57,610 nt of DNA from a virus (taxonomy: Duplodnaviria; Caudoviricetes), in the IMG/VR virus record IMGVR_UViG_3300036832_001282, positions 1-57,610 of that record; one strand, given 5' to 3'. The translations under genes and the position numbers were made by a program. Shown piece by piece: positions 29,472-38,540 of this stretch. The notes beneath the pieces were generated by a model. It did no database searches. It was not told the DNA's origin and saw nothing but the letters and a program-made list of their open reading frames with translations. Position 1 is the first letter of the stretch, and every line of letters starts with the position of its first letter.

Positions 29472-31778
29472 CTACCACGTGATAGCGCTCGTTGTAGCAA
29501 CCATTCCAGACCGCCTAAATGACCAATTAAGAGGGAAGATCATTCGAAGCGCCAATGAATCCGTCTGGAACAGTGAGCGTTGTGGAGAAGCGACAGTACC
29601 GGGTGAGCCGCTGACAAGGTCGGCCGGTGACGTATCTTCCATATGGAGCGTGGCCTGATCAGAAATCTCGAACCGCATGGCGTCGGCCTGCATCACCACG
29701 AAGTCGGCGGCGTCCACCAGGATCACCGTCTTCGGCGGCACCGTCGCCGAGTCGATGATCGGAATGTTGTTCAGCGTGCCACGGCCGACTTCGTCCTTGA
29801 ACGGGAAGACGCCCGTGTTAGGAGCGCTGACCAACGATGCTGACAGCATGTCCGCCGGGTTCATCAACCAAGCCGGTGAGCGGATGTTGCCGTAGGTGGC
29901 AGTGACCAACGCACCGATCATGTTCTTGATGTCGCCAACCACCGCCGCAATGCCGCCACCCGCCGTTGCACCCACTGGCGTCACGCCATTGAGAATGCCA
30001 GCCGGACGAATGGTGGTCGCCGGATTGTTGTCGAGCAAAACCGAATCCAACGAGATCGCCGTATCCTCTTGGATCGCCTGCCGCAGCACGCCCTCGATCG
30101 CAGGAATGCTGTGATCCGCCATCTCACGCGTCCACGTCGTGATCACGGCCATCTTCTTCGGAATGAAGGTCTGGCTGGTGAACGCGCCCTGCCGGACCGG
30201 GATCGCCATGCCTTCACCAACGAACGATCCGGCAATCGTCGGCGTCCGCGACCGGGTCGGCAACAGGATTTTCCCGGCCTGCCCGAAACTAAGCGACGTA
30301 CCCTTGGCCGCCAGTCGCGGGAAGATGCTTTGCGGAAGCAGCAAAGCCATCATGTCGGCGTAGATTTGATGCACCAGTTCTTGTGCCCAACCCACCACCG
30401 TGGTCATGGCAGGCGCTGACGGTGCGCGCATCGTCCAGTCGAGCACCACCTTGTGCGCTTCGTCATCACCATAGATGCGAAGCCGTTCGACATCCGGCAG
30501 CGTGCCCCGGATTTTCGCCATGCCATGGCAAACACCAGCATGCACGAGATAATCGATCGGCTCCCAGTCCTTCTTCGAGTGTTTAACGATGATCGGCGCG
30601 CTGACACCCTCATTAGTTGGCGTACGATATGGCACCAGCGAACGACGAGTCGGGGCACCATTATCTTCACGAGCGGTCGCGGCCCCTCGCGTCTTTTCAT
30701 AATCGACCAATGCAACATACTGATTCTGCAGTTGCTTGATCTGCGCATTCAGCAGCGTCGACTTCTCCAAGTCAGCGTCGCTAACATTGGTGTCGTCCTG
30801 CTTGCTGAAATGCTCGTCCAGTTCTTCCAGCTTATTGGCGATCTGCTGTTGCAGATCAATAATACGTTGCGAAAGCGGAACCGTGCTCATGGCTCGGTCC
30901 TTCCCTTGACTACGAGACGTGTCGCCTTGCTTGGCAATGAAATCCCGCCGTACGATGCCGCCCTGATTGCCATGCTTGGCGAAGACGACATCCATCGTGG
31001 CCGGACTAACACCCAGCGATTTGGCAACCGCCAGGGCATTCGGGTTGGCTGGCACACTCACCAGCGACGTTTCGAGCAGTTCCTGTTTGAGATAGCGCTG
31101 ACCGGCAAAACCGCCGACGTTCAGACTTTTAAGCGGCACCGCCTCGATCGGATGAAAACCAACCGAGACCGTACGCAGGATTCCAGCATTGACCAGCTTG
31201 CGTATCTCGTCGATGCGATCGGATGTCCCTTCCGGCGCAAGCTCCAGATGCCCGCGCAACGCGCCTTTTTCCACGCGCAAATTGTGCCAGCGACCAATCG
31301 GAAAATCGCTCTTGTGATTGAACAACGCAATCGGATTGTTCTTGAACGACTCGATATCCCAACCGGCGCTGCTGATGACATCGCCCATGCGATCGACAGT
31401 CTCGTCGCTCAACACGAATTCCATACCGCTCACAGTCGCACTATGCGACTTGTGCAAGACCGATTTATGCACTGCCGCTACAGCGGCACGATTCTCCTGA
31501 TAATCGGTCCACATCACCTGACATTCGTCTTCGTCCAGATCATCGGTGCAGCGATCCATGAACTCTTCATAAGTCTCGTCGTCATCCGGCGGATCAACAT
31601 TGTCATCACCGTTGTCTTTTGCTTTTTTCGGCGGTTCGCCACCGTGCTCGGCGCGCCACATCGAAAGGCATGCCGCCACCGCCTGCTCTTGCGGCCGTTT
31701 GCCGTCGCCCATCATCTCGGGCACACACCTTGCGCTGAAATCACTTTGCGATTCACCCGGCTTTGGCTTCATCGGCAT
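29472..31778 (-). CDS. Fused HK97-type prohead protease + major capsid protein
   Basis: Protease: DRMGDVI...NPIALFNH...PIGRW...VSVGF...LLETSLVSVPANPNAL. A coiled coil follows, then capsid motifs FVGEG..IP, KKMAVIT and PAGILN. Confidence 0.92.
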   Translation of the reverse strand: MPMKPKPGESQSDFSARCVPEMMGDGKRPQEQAVAACLSMWRAEHGGEPPKKAKDNGDDNVDPPDDDETYEEFMDRCTDDLDEDECQVMWTDYQENRAAVAAVHKSVLHKSHSATVSGMEFVLSDETVDRMGDVISSAGWDIESFKNNPIALFNHKSDFPIGRWHNLRVEKGALRGHLELAPEGTSDRIDEIRKLVNAGILRTVSVGFHPIEAVPLKSLNVGGFAGQRYLKQELLETSLVSVPANPNALAVAKSLGVSPATMDVVFAKHGNQGGIVRRDFIAKQGDTSRSQGKDRAMSTVPLSQRIIDLQQQIANKLEELDEHFSKQDDTNVSDADLEKSTLLNAQIKQLQNQYVALVDYEKTRGAATAREDNGAPTRRSLVPYRTPTNEGVSAPIIVKHSKKDWEPIDYLVHAGVCHGMAKIRGTLPDVERLRIYGDDEAHKVVLDWTMRAPSAPAMTTVVGWAQELVHQIYADMMALLLPQSIFPRLAAKGTSLSFGQAGKILLPTRSRTPTIAGSFVGEGMAIPVRQGAFTSQTFIPKKMAVITTWTREMADHSIPAIEGVLRQAIQEDTAISLDSVLLDNNPATTIRPAGILNGVTPVGATAGGGIAAVVGDIKNMIGALVTATYGNIRSPAWLMNPADMLSASLVSAPNTGVFPFKDEVGRGTLNNIPIIDSATVPPKTVILVDAADFVVMQADAMRFEISDQATLHMEDTSPADLVSGSPGTVASPQRSLFQTDSLALRMIFPLNWSFRRSGMVATTSAITW

Positions 31779-31789
31779 TGCTGCCTCCT

Positions 31790-32340
31790 TCAGTTATTCC
31801 ACGGATGCAATGGATCAGTCGGTCGGCCTGATGCATCGCAGCCACGAACGACACGTTTGACCGTATTGGTACGCTCGTGCTGAAACCATTCGTCGATCAG
31901 GCGTTCATGCAATTCACGCACAACCTGCCGTTCCGGATCATTGCGCACGCGCTCGATCAGTTCGGCCTTCGACGGCACCAGCAAGATCATGTCGCCTTCG
32001 ACGACAGCAAGTTTCTCACGCCACCATGCGCGAAGCTTTTCCGATGCCGCCGTGATGATCACCCAGGCCACATGCTCGCGTGGCGCACACGCCAATTTAG
32101 CCAATCGCCTGTTGCGCTCGGTCAACAGCAGCGGCGTGAAATCAGACGAACGATCACGGCCCAGGCTCCAATCCTTGGCGATCGTGTCGATGTCAATCAG
32201 ACTATCCTCTGGTCGCTTGTGCTCACGCACATAAGTCGACTTGCCAGCGGCAGGCGGACCGCACACCAGCACGACACGGCAATTCGGCTTCGGCAGGCGT
32301 TCCGGCCGCGCCAGATCACCGTACGGACGCTGCAGCGTCC
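31790..32340 (-). CDS. P-loop (AAA_33-like) protein; start uncertain
   Basis: VLVCGPPAAGKSTYV Walker A and IDIDTI; C-terminal GCDASGRPTDPLHPW tail like those of phage HNH proteins. The track start (32524) overlaps another likely gene. Confidence 0.65.
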
Positions 32341-32537
32341 TACCTCTTTTTTGCGCTCTGCTGAACAAGATGTTTAGCCCGATGCTTGGCTCGGATGGGA
32401 GCCATGATCGTTTCATCAATCGGATTATCAACTGGACCCAAGATGGCAGCATGCAACGCGGCATCCTGCTTGTTGCCGTTCTCGTCCTCGTAAAAGAATT
32501 CGTTTGAAACCGTGTCAGAATCACGCGGCGATGGCAC
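32340..32537 (-). CDS. Small hypothetical protein
   Basis: AGGAG RBS 7 nt before an in-frame GTG at 32537; protein-like 65-aa sequence. Confidence 0.45.
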   Translation of the reverse strand: MPSPRDSDTVSNEFFYEDENGNKQDAALHAAILGPVDNPIDETIMAPIRAKHRAKHLVQQSAKKR

Positions 32538-35496
32538 GCGGCTTCTCCTTCTTGACGCGACCGACATACTGCTTGAAACGGCTATAGGATTCCGGGTCTT
32601 TGAGATTCAAGCGCCCACGCCAGCCGCTGTTCAACAGCAATTCCTTGCCACGCGGTGAATCAGCAATCTTCCAGATCGACTTCGGATCATCGCTGCGTAC
32701 CAGCTTCAGCAACTCGTCATCCTTGGTCTTCGGCAATTCCATTTCAGTCTGCGGCGGCTCCTCGTCCTCATCCGGCGGAAGATCAATGTCCGCCATGCCG
32801 TAATCTATTGCGTATTGCAGACGCTGACGATCATCCATCTGATCCCAGTACTCGCCCTGATATTCTTCTACGCTATCATTCAAATAACTCGGTGGATCGA
32901 CATCACCCGCATCACTCTCGGCCTTACCGTTGAACGTTCTAATAACGACCGATTCCAGCTGACTACGCATGTCTTCAGTCAATCGTTCCGAAAGCTCGGC
33001 GGGTTTGATCCCAGGCAAATTCATTTGATCAGGACTCGGCCCGCCGATCGGCTCTTGCAGCTTCTTATCATCCCATGACAGATCAGGATCGTCACGTCCC
33101 TCGCCAGAACTAGATTCGTATTCCTCGATTTTCAACGCATCGAACAACTGTTTGTCAGTATACGGAATCGCGGCGTCACCATTCTCGTCACGTATGTCAC
33201 GCACCTCATTGAGCGCGTCAGTAAACCACACTGGTATCTCTTGCATGCGATTAAAATCATCTGCAAGCGTCCGCTTAGCTTCTTCCAACGCCTGACCACT
33301 ATCACGCCAGCTGTCTACTTCACTCTCGTAAAACTCATCATGTGTGCGAGCCATCCAACGCTGTTGAACCGCCTCCTGCTGATCGTCGCCAAGCATGCTC
33401 CAGTCATCGGCTTCTATGGTATTGCCACTACGCGGCGATCCGGTTGAGCTATATAATTTTCCAGCCAACGTACTACGTAATGACGCCCACGCCGCTGGCG
33501 TAGGCACGTAGCCGTACTTAGCCCAGGCATAGCCACCAACATCAATATTGGCCGTGACATTCACTTCGTTGATGCCAAGCGCCTCATACACTTCGACATT
33601 GCCTGCCAGCACTTTCTTGCCAACATTGGCGTGAGTCTTGCTTTTTTGCAGCTTAAAATACGCGCTGTAGGCCGAGTGTTTGACCGGATCGATATGCCGC
33701 TCATAGTTACCGATTTTGTTGCCATTACTGTCATACAAATACCCCCTCACATCAAAATGCCCGCCATCGTAACTGATAGTCATATCGGACGGTACGCCAC
33801 CAAGAAACACATCCTTGAACGCAGCTGGCTCAATACCGATCTGATCATTCCATTTTTTGATGATCGCCTGCTCACCACCAGACGGAGCACTGATTTTCAC
33901 TTTAGCCTTGTCAAAATCTTCCTTAGCCACCGGCTTCGGGCTCTTGCTCAGCTTCGGTTTGCTGATTGGCTCAGATACTGATGATGCTGATGGTATCGGT
34001 TTCGGAATCGATATCGGTTTTGGCGTAGCCGGTTTTACACCCGGCACCTTGCCGCCACCGCTGCCACCGCCACCATCGGTCCACTTGCCAGACTCATCGC
34101 GCGGCTCATCAGACACATCATGCGCCGCCCTCGGCACCGTGATCATGATATTGTCGAAACCATTGGCCAAATGGCCGTTGGCGTAAAAGAACCGGTACGC
34201 GACTTCGGCAAATTTCTGGTAAGTCGCCGGATCGAGCAGCCGTTGCGCATCCTTCAGCGAGATCAGCTGATAGCCCTTGGACCCTGCCGGTTTCTTGGCA
34301 ATGCCCTGATCCTTGGTCCACTTATCGGCGATCTCGATCAGCTTGGTGATGCCGATATCAACACGTGCGATCTTAACTTCACGGCCGTCGTTCTTCAGGT
34401 TGCCGTCTTCGGCATCAATCCCCAACTGCCCGGCCCAGGTATGATGCCCGTCGAGAATGTAGTCATCTTTTGAAATCACCAACCGCTTGTAAAAACCACG
34501 ATCCTTAATGCGCGCCATCTGCGCCGCGACCTTAGTACCGTCGATCTCGCTTTGAGTGGCGCGAAGATTGGCGGATTTCTCACGCCCCTTCTCGATATCG
34601 TAACCTTCTTTCTTGAGGTACTTGATGAATTCCTTGGTGCGCTTGGCCGGGATCACCGGCATCTCAGCGCGAGGAATGCCGATCTGATCCGCACAGAATA
34701 AGTTGGTGCCTGCAATACTGACGTTGCAGAGATTGAAAACCGGCGCAGTCTCGCCATGCTCAGCCATCTCGGCCGCCGTCTCGCCGAGACGCTTGATCAG
34801 CGTCGAGACTTGCTTGACTTGATTTAGCTCGACCTTGCGATTCTCGAACAGCGCCCGCTGCGCATCATAAACATTGCTGGTGTGAATGGTACCCTTGCTG
34901 TCGAGATAAGCATGCGGCGAATACCCCTTACCGGGATGCTTGGCACCCTTTGGCGGCTTGGTTTGCTGAACGCTGCCACTGCCGCCACCGCCGCCATCGG
35001 TCCACTTACCGCCTTCGTCGCGCGGCTCGTCGGACACATCATGCGCGAATTTACATTGTTTTTTCAAACCACCAAAATCATGATCAATGACTTTTATATT
35101 TTCTGGTTTAACCGGTTCAGTCAGTACATGCTCAAATCCTGCTCCAGAAGTTTGTTGTGCTGATGACGGCACTTTCACCGAAAGCAAAGCAAGTTGTGTA
35201 TCTTCATCAAATTGCTCCCCTAACCAATTCGTTATAGCGTCTTCAGCCGCTACTATCGACGTAAACGTATAAATTGCAGGTTGCGGCTCTTCAAGAAGAC
35301 TAGCTCTATCACCAATTGTTGGCTGAAGCCCATTCTGCATAATATTCGGAACATTTTCAGTTGGCGTCACATGATAAAGTGTTATGTGACTGCCACCACT
35401 ATCGCTGCCACCACCACCACTACCACCACCACCCGTCCACTTACCGCCTTCGTCACGCGGCTCGTCAGACACATCGTGCGCAGCTCGTGTCAGCAC
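32521..35496 (-). CDS. Modular multi-domain protein: ART-like, ParB/Srx-like and GNAT-like domains, each preceded by a repeated peptide
   Basis: Three AHDVSDEPRDExGKWTxGGG repeats; LYHVT...IMQNGL; LRATQSEI...ILDGHHTW; VGKKVL...GINEVNVTANIDVGGYAWAKYGY. Confidence 0.75.
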   Translation of the reverse strand: MLTRAAHDVSDEPRDEGGKWTGGGGSGGGGSDSGGSHITLYHVTPTENVPNIMQNGLQPTIGDRASLLEEPQPAIYTFTSIVAAEDAITNWLGEQFDEDTQLALLSVKVPSSAQQTSGAGFEHVLTEPVKPENIKVIDHDFGGLKKQCKFAHDVSDEPRDEGGKWTDGGGGGSGSVQQTKPPKGAKHPGKGYSPHAYLDSKGTIHTSNVYDAQRALFENRKVELNQVKQVSTLIKRLGETAAEMAEHGETAPVFNLCNVSIAGTNLFCADQIGIPRAEMPVIPAKRTKEFIKYLKKEGYDIEKGREKSANLRATQSEIDGTKVAAQMARIKDRGFYKRLVISKDDYILDGHHTWAGQLGIDAEDGNLKNDGREVKIARVDIGITKLIEIADKWTKDQGIAKKPAGSKGYQLISLKDAQRLLDPATYQKFAEVAYRFFYANGHLANGFDNIMITVPRAAHDVSDEPRDESGKWTDGGGGSGGGKVPGVKPATPKPISIPKPIPSASSVSEPISKPKLSKSPKPVAKEDFDKAKVKISAPSGGEQAIIKKWNDQIGIEPAAFKDVFLGGVPSDMTISYDGGHFDVRGYLYDSNGNKIGNYERHIDPVKHSAYSAYFKLQKSKTHANVGKKVLAGNVEVYEALGINEVNVTANIDVGGYAWAKYGYVPTPAAWASLRSTLAGKLYSSTGSPRSGNTIEADDWSMLGDDQQEAVQQRWMARTHDEFYESEVDSWRDSGQALEEAKRTLADDFNRMQEIPVWFTDALNEVRDIRDENGDAAIPYTDKQLFDALKIEEYESSSGEGRDDPDLSWDDKKLQEPIGGPSPDQMNLPGIKPAELSERLTEDMRSQLESVVIRTFNGKAESDAGDVDPPSYLNDSVEEYQGEYWDQMDDRQRLQYAIDYGMADIDLPPDEDEEPPQTEMELPKTKDDELLKLVRSDDPKSIWKIADSPRGKELLLNSGWRGRLNLKDPESYSRFKQYVGRVKKEKPRAIAA

Positions 35497-35500
35497 TGAC

Positions 35501-36046
35501 TTAGCTTTCCATCACGCAGAGCAACTGCTCGATCGAGCGCGCTTCATGCCGACACGTACGATTAGTTCCCACAAGCCATTCGTTGAAAGCGCGTTGTTCG
35601 TGATTAGTTTCGATCCAAAATTCATCAAGCACAAGTATCGAACCGTAAACGAGCCGTGACCCGATATTCTTGAGCACGGTTTTGGTCGAACTGTAGAGAT
35701 CACAATCGATGTGAACGAGCGCGACATCGCCTTTATGAGTTTCCAAAAACTTCGGCAACGTATCCTCGAACATCCCGACAATCAGTTCAGCATTATTCGG
35801 TACTTCCGGAATCGGACAACTGAAATGTCCTTTCTGGTAGCTGCTCCACGGTTCCGGCAGTCCTTTGAAACTGTCAAAACCATAGATCATCCGATTCAAC
35901 AACGGCACACTACCTGCCAGACAACGAAGCGTCGTGCCAGTCGCAACACCGAATTCAAGTATCAAACCTTCTGGTGCAAGCGCTGCAGCATGCCGCAGCA
36001 CTTGAAACCGATCGACGTACCAAACCGTATGAGACGGTGTGCGCAT
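35501..36046 (-). CDS. Class I SAM methyltransferase (TylF/Methyltransf_24-like)
   Basis: LEFGVATG, YGFDSFKGLPE, GMFEDTL, VHIDCDLYSST, LDEF; TGATG coupling with the upstream gene. Confidence 0.85.
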   Translation of the reverse strand: MRTPSHTVWYVDRFQVLRHAAALAPEGLILEFGVATGTTLRCLAGSVPLLNRMIYGFDSFKGLPEPWSSYQKGHFSCPIPEVPNNAELIVGMFEDTLPKFLETHKGDVALVHIDCDLYSSTKTVLKNIGSRLVYGSILVLDEFWIETNHEQRAFNEWLVGTNRTCRHEARSIEQLLCVMES

Positions 36047-37251
36047 CACAACTTCACTAGTGCGCTGGCCCAATCACCAAGATCGTCCTGCTTACAGACT
36101 TTTATGTTCTGATAAAACGGCGACAGCCAACGCCAACTGGACCAGTAGCTCAGCAACAACTTGATGTTCGGATGCCCGATCGCACCGGCAAGATGAATCG
36201 CAGCCGTGTCAATTGAAACTATCGTATCGCAACATTCCATCAGTGCTGCACAGTCGGCAAAATCTTCGAAGTCAAACTGTTCGATACCTGCATCGGCGCA
36301 ACGTTGCTGCACGCTGACCAGACGCACGCCGGGCAACGCTTCGACCAGCAGCGGCAGCGGCAGCGCTCGCGGATAATCACCGCTATGCGCCACGCGTGGC
36401 GACCACGCCACGCCAACAAGACGGCCATGCGTATTGCCAAGCGTGCGCCGCCATTTGTCGACCAAGATCGGATTGGTTTGCAAATACGAATCAAGCGGCA
36501 CCGTGTCTGGCTGCTGCCACAGCATCCGCAACAGAAACAATAGTGAACAGAAATAATCAGCAGGCACCGGCTCGTTCACGACTGGCGCAACTTGCTCGCC
36601 CAGACGTTTCAATTCCGGCGGCAACCATAGTATCACTTCAGCGCCCATCGACCTGAGCATGCCAACGTAACGCAGACACATGATCGAATCGCCGAAACCG
36701 TGATCGTGAATCAGCAAAAGACGCTTGTCATGAAGCGGCTCACCGCACCAGCGCCGCAGCCCGAATTCAACACACTCAAGATATTGCGGCCGGGTAAACA
36801 ACGAGCCGCTGGTCTCGATCGCCGTGGCATACAAATCAAAACCTTCGCGCCAATGACCCAATTCTAATAAACACATTCCAGAATTATATTTTGCAGCTAG
36901 TGTATCAGCATACGATGCTGCGGTTTGAAACGCTACCAGTGCATTCAGCAACTGATCACCGCTGCGCATAGCCTCGCGCCCAGCATCGAGAAAATGTACG
37001 TACTTGTCGATCACTCCGGGCGATGTCTGTTTCGGCACCGCACGATAACCGATATGTTGCCCGCCACGATGAATCGCGATCTTCGAGCCGAATGGAATCG
37101 TGGCAAGGTGCCCATTTGCTGTTCGGACTGACAACACTTCGCCGTCAGTAGTCAGCGCTCGCCAACCATCAACGGTTTCTTCGACCGCCAGAATTGGCAG
37201 TAGGTCTGGCGGATCAAAATTTGCGTAACTTTGTTTGCTTGCCATAGGCAT
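36046..37251 (-). CDS. TPR-like + glycosyltransferase (GT9/GT-B-like) protein
   Basis: LLELGHWREGFDLY, WCGEPLHDKRLLLIHDHGFGDSIMCLRY, DFADCAALMECCDTIVSIDTAAIHLAGAIG, WRW. Confidence 0.8.
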   Translation of the reverse strand: MPMASKQSYANFDPPDLLPILAVEETVDGWRALTTDGEVLSVRTANGHLATIPFGSKIAIHRGGQHIGYRAVPKQTSPGVIDKYVHFLDAGREAMRSGDQLLNALVAFQTAASYADTLAAKYNSGMCLLELGHWREGFDLYATAIETSGSLFTRPQYLECVEFGLRRWCGEPLHDKRLLLIHDHGFGDSIMCLRYVGMLRSMGAEVILWLPPELKRLGEQVAPVVNEPVPADYFCSLLFLLRMLWQQPDTVPLDSYLQTNPILVDKWRRTLGNTHGRLVGVAWSPRVAHSGDYPRALPLPLLVEALPGVRLVSVQQRCADAGIEQFDFEDFADCAALMECCDTIVSIDTAAIHLAGAIGHPNIKLLLSYWSSWRWLSPFYQNIKVCKQDDLGDWASALVKL

Positions 37252-37263
37252 TTTAATCTGCTA

Positions 37264-37397
37264 GGTCATGATTTCTTAGGCACGGTGCATTACGGTCTAA
37301 TCGGCACTGCTGGGTAAGGCGTGTTAATGCAGGCGCAGTATGGTGCGGCACAGAATGGTCGGCTTATCCCGTAACGGCGAGGCTTGACAAGGCAGGC
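37264..37397 (+). ncRNA. Two-unit GGY-NN pentamer mini-array (putative guide RNA)
   Basis: GGC AC GGT GC ATT AC GGT CT ... GGT AA GGC GT GTT AA TGCAGGC GC AGT AT GGT GC GGC AC ... GGC GA GGC TT GAC AA GGCAGGC; same grammar as 55518-57610. Confidence 0.6.
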
Positions 37398-37401
37398 TAA
37401 A

Positions 37402-37433
37402 GAAAACGGTCATTCTCACGAGTGACCGTTTTC
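37402..37433. terminator. Bidirectional intrinsic terminator
   Basis: GAAAACGGTCATTC-TCAC-GAGTGACCGTTTTC with T-tracts on both strands; the G-U pair works on the plus strand. Confidence 0.75.
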
Positions 37434-37445
37434 ACTTTTATAGAA

Positions 37446-38525
37446 TCACTTCCAATTTGGCGTAAGCCAACTAATACCTCTTGGATCACGTAGTGCCCAC
37501 GACACTGGCCATCGAATTTTCAACGCCAGCGAATCAGTTTGATACATCGATTTTCGCGGTCCAGCTGTCGGCACTGCTGATGGCACAGAATCCATATGCA
37601 GCGCTGCAGCAGTTGCAACTTCGACATGCGGAGCAGGATCAAGCGCGGCCACTAATGCAGCAGGTGCAATTGCGAGCATATCGCCGCCAATCGAATTTGT
37701 TCCAAGCACAACAACATTGCTGGCTTCGAAAATGAACCGCAACGCCATTGAAACAGCACGACCGGGTGAGACAACAATTAGATACGGTCCATTTTGACCA
37801 ACTGATGAAACAGCGTTAATCAACGATGTTAAATCTTCAGCAAATGCTTCAACGGAGTCAGCATTATTACTTGCTGTCAACGCAGCGATGCCGTTACGCA
37901 AACCAGCTGGTCGCGCCGCTGTTGCCGGATTGACATCGAATAACGTGTCATCGAGCGCACAACCAGCAGAACGCATCAAGGCATCGCCGATCAGCTGCTC
38001 GGCATTACTGGATTCAATCATTTCACGTGTTAGCACCGCAATTGATGCAAGCTTGAACGGCGTCAACAACGCTGGTGTTGCTGATAATTGGCGAACTGGA
38101 ATTGGATCACCTTCAGCAACAAATCCTGAATTAGCTCCTGATGCACTGAATCCTGGTGCACTGATTGAAGCACGGCCAGCAAAATCAAGTAACAATGAAC
38201 GTTTGAATACCTCGGCCGCCGCTGTCGCCGGGCCAAGACCAGCCAGCATGTCATTGACAGTTCGTTGCGCTAATTCTGCAGCCCAAGTAGATACCGTCGT
38301 CATTGCAGGCGCAGAAGCAGCGCGCTCGATCACTTCCAACGTGAGCTTGTCGCTTGGCCACATCAACGCTGCCGCTTCTTGCGGAGACATCTTGCGTACA
38401 ATGCCGACTGCTTTCGCTGTCAGCGCCCGCACGAAAGTGTTGCCTTGCGGCAGCGGCAGCGGGTTGCGCTTGAAAGCGCGACCTGAAAAAGCAGATGTCC
38501 CGATGTATTCCATCGCCTGTGCCAT
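37446..38525 (-). CDS. Second major-capsid-like protein (paralog of the capsid part of 29472-31778)
   Basis: RAASAPAMTTVSTWAAEL vs RAPSAPAMTTVVGWAQEL; FVAEGDPIPVRQ vs FVGEGMAIPVRQ; SMYQTDSLAL vs SLFQTDSLAL. Confidence 0.85.
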   Translation of the reverse strand: MAQAMEYIGTSAFSGRAFKRNPLPLPQGNTFVRALTAKAVGIVRKMSPQEAAALMWPSDKLTLEVIERAASAPAMTTVSTWAAELAQRTVNDMLAGLGPATAAAEVFKRSLLLDFAGRASISAPGFSASGANSGFVAEGDPIPVRQLSATPALLTPFKLASIAVLTREMIESSNAEQLIGDALMRSAGCALDDTLFDVNPATAARPAGLRNGIAALTASNNADSVEAFAEDLTSLINAVSSVGQNGPYLIVVSPGRAVSMALRFIFEASNVVVLGTNSIGGDMLAIAPAALVAALDPAPHVEVATAAALHMDSVPSAVPTAGPRKSMYQTDSLALKIRWPVSWALRDPRGISWLTPNWK

Positions 38526-38540
38526 TGAACTGAAACTCCG

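Noticed and set aside
30453-31883. Long plus-strand ORFs antisense to structural genes (476 aa here; also 37888-38826 and 22579-23382)
   Set aside because: Shadow ORFs opposite well-supported genes in GC-rich DNA.
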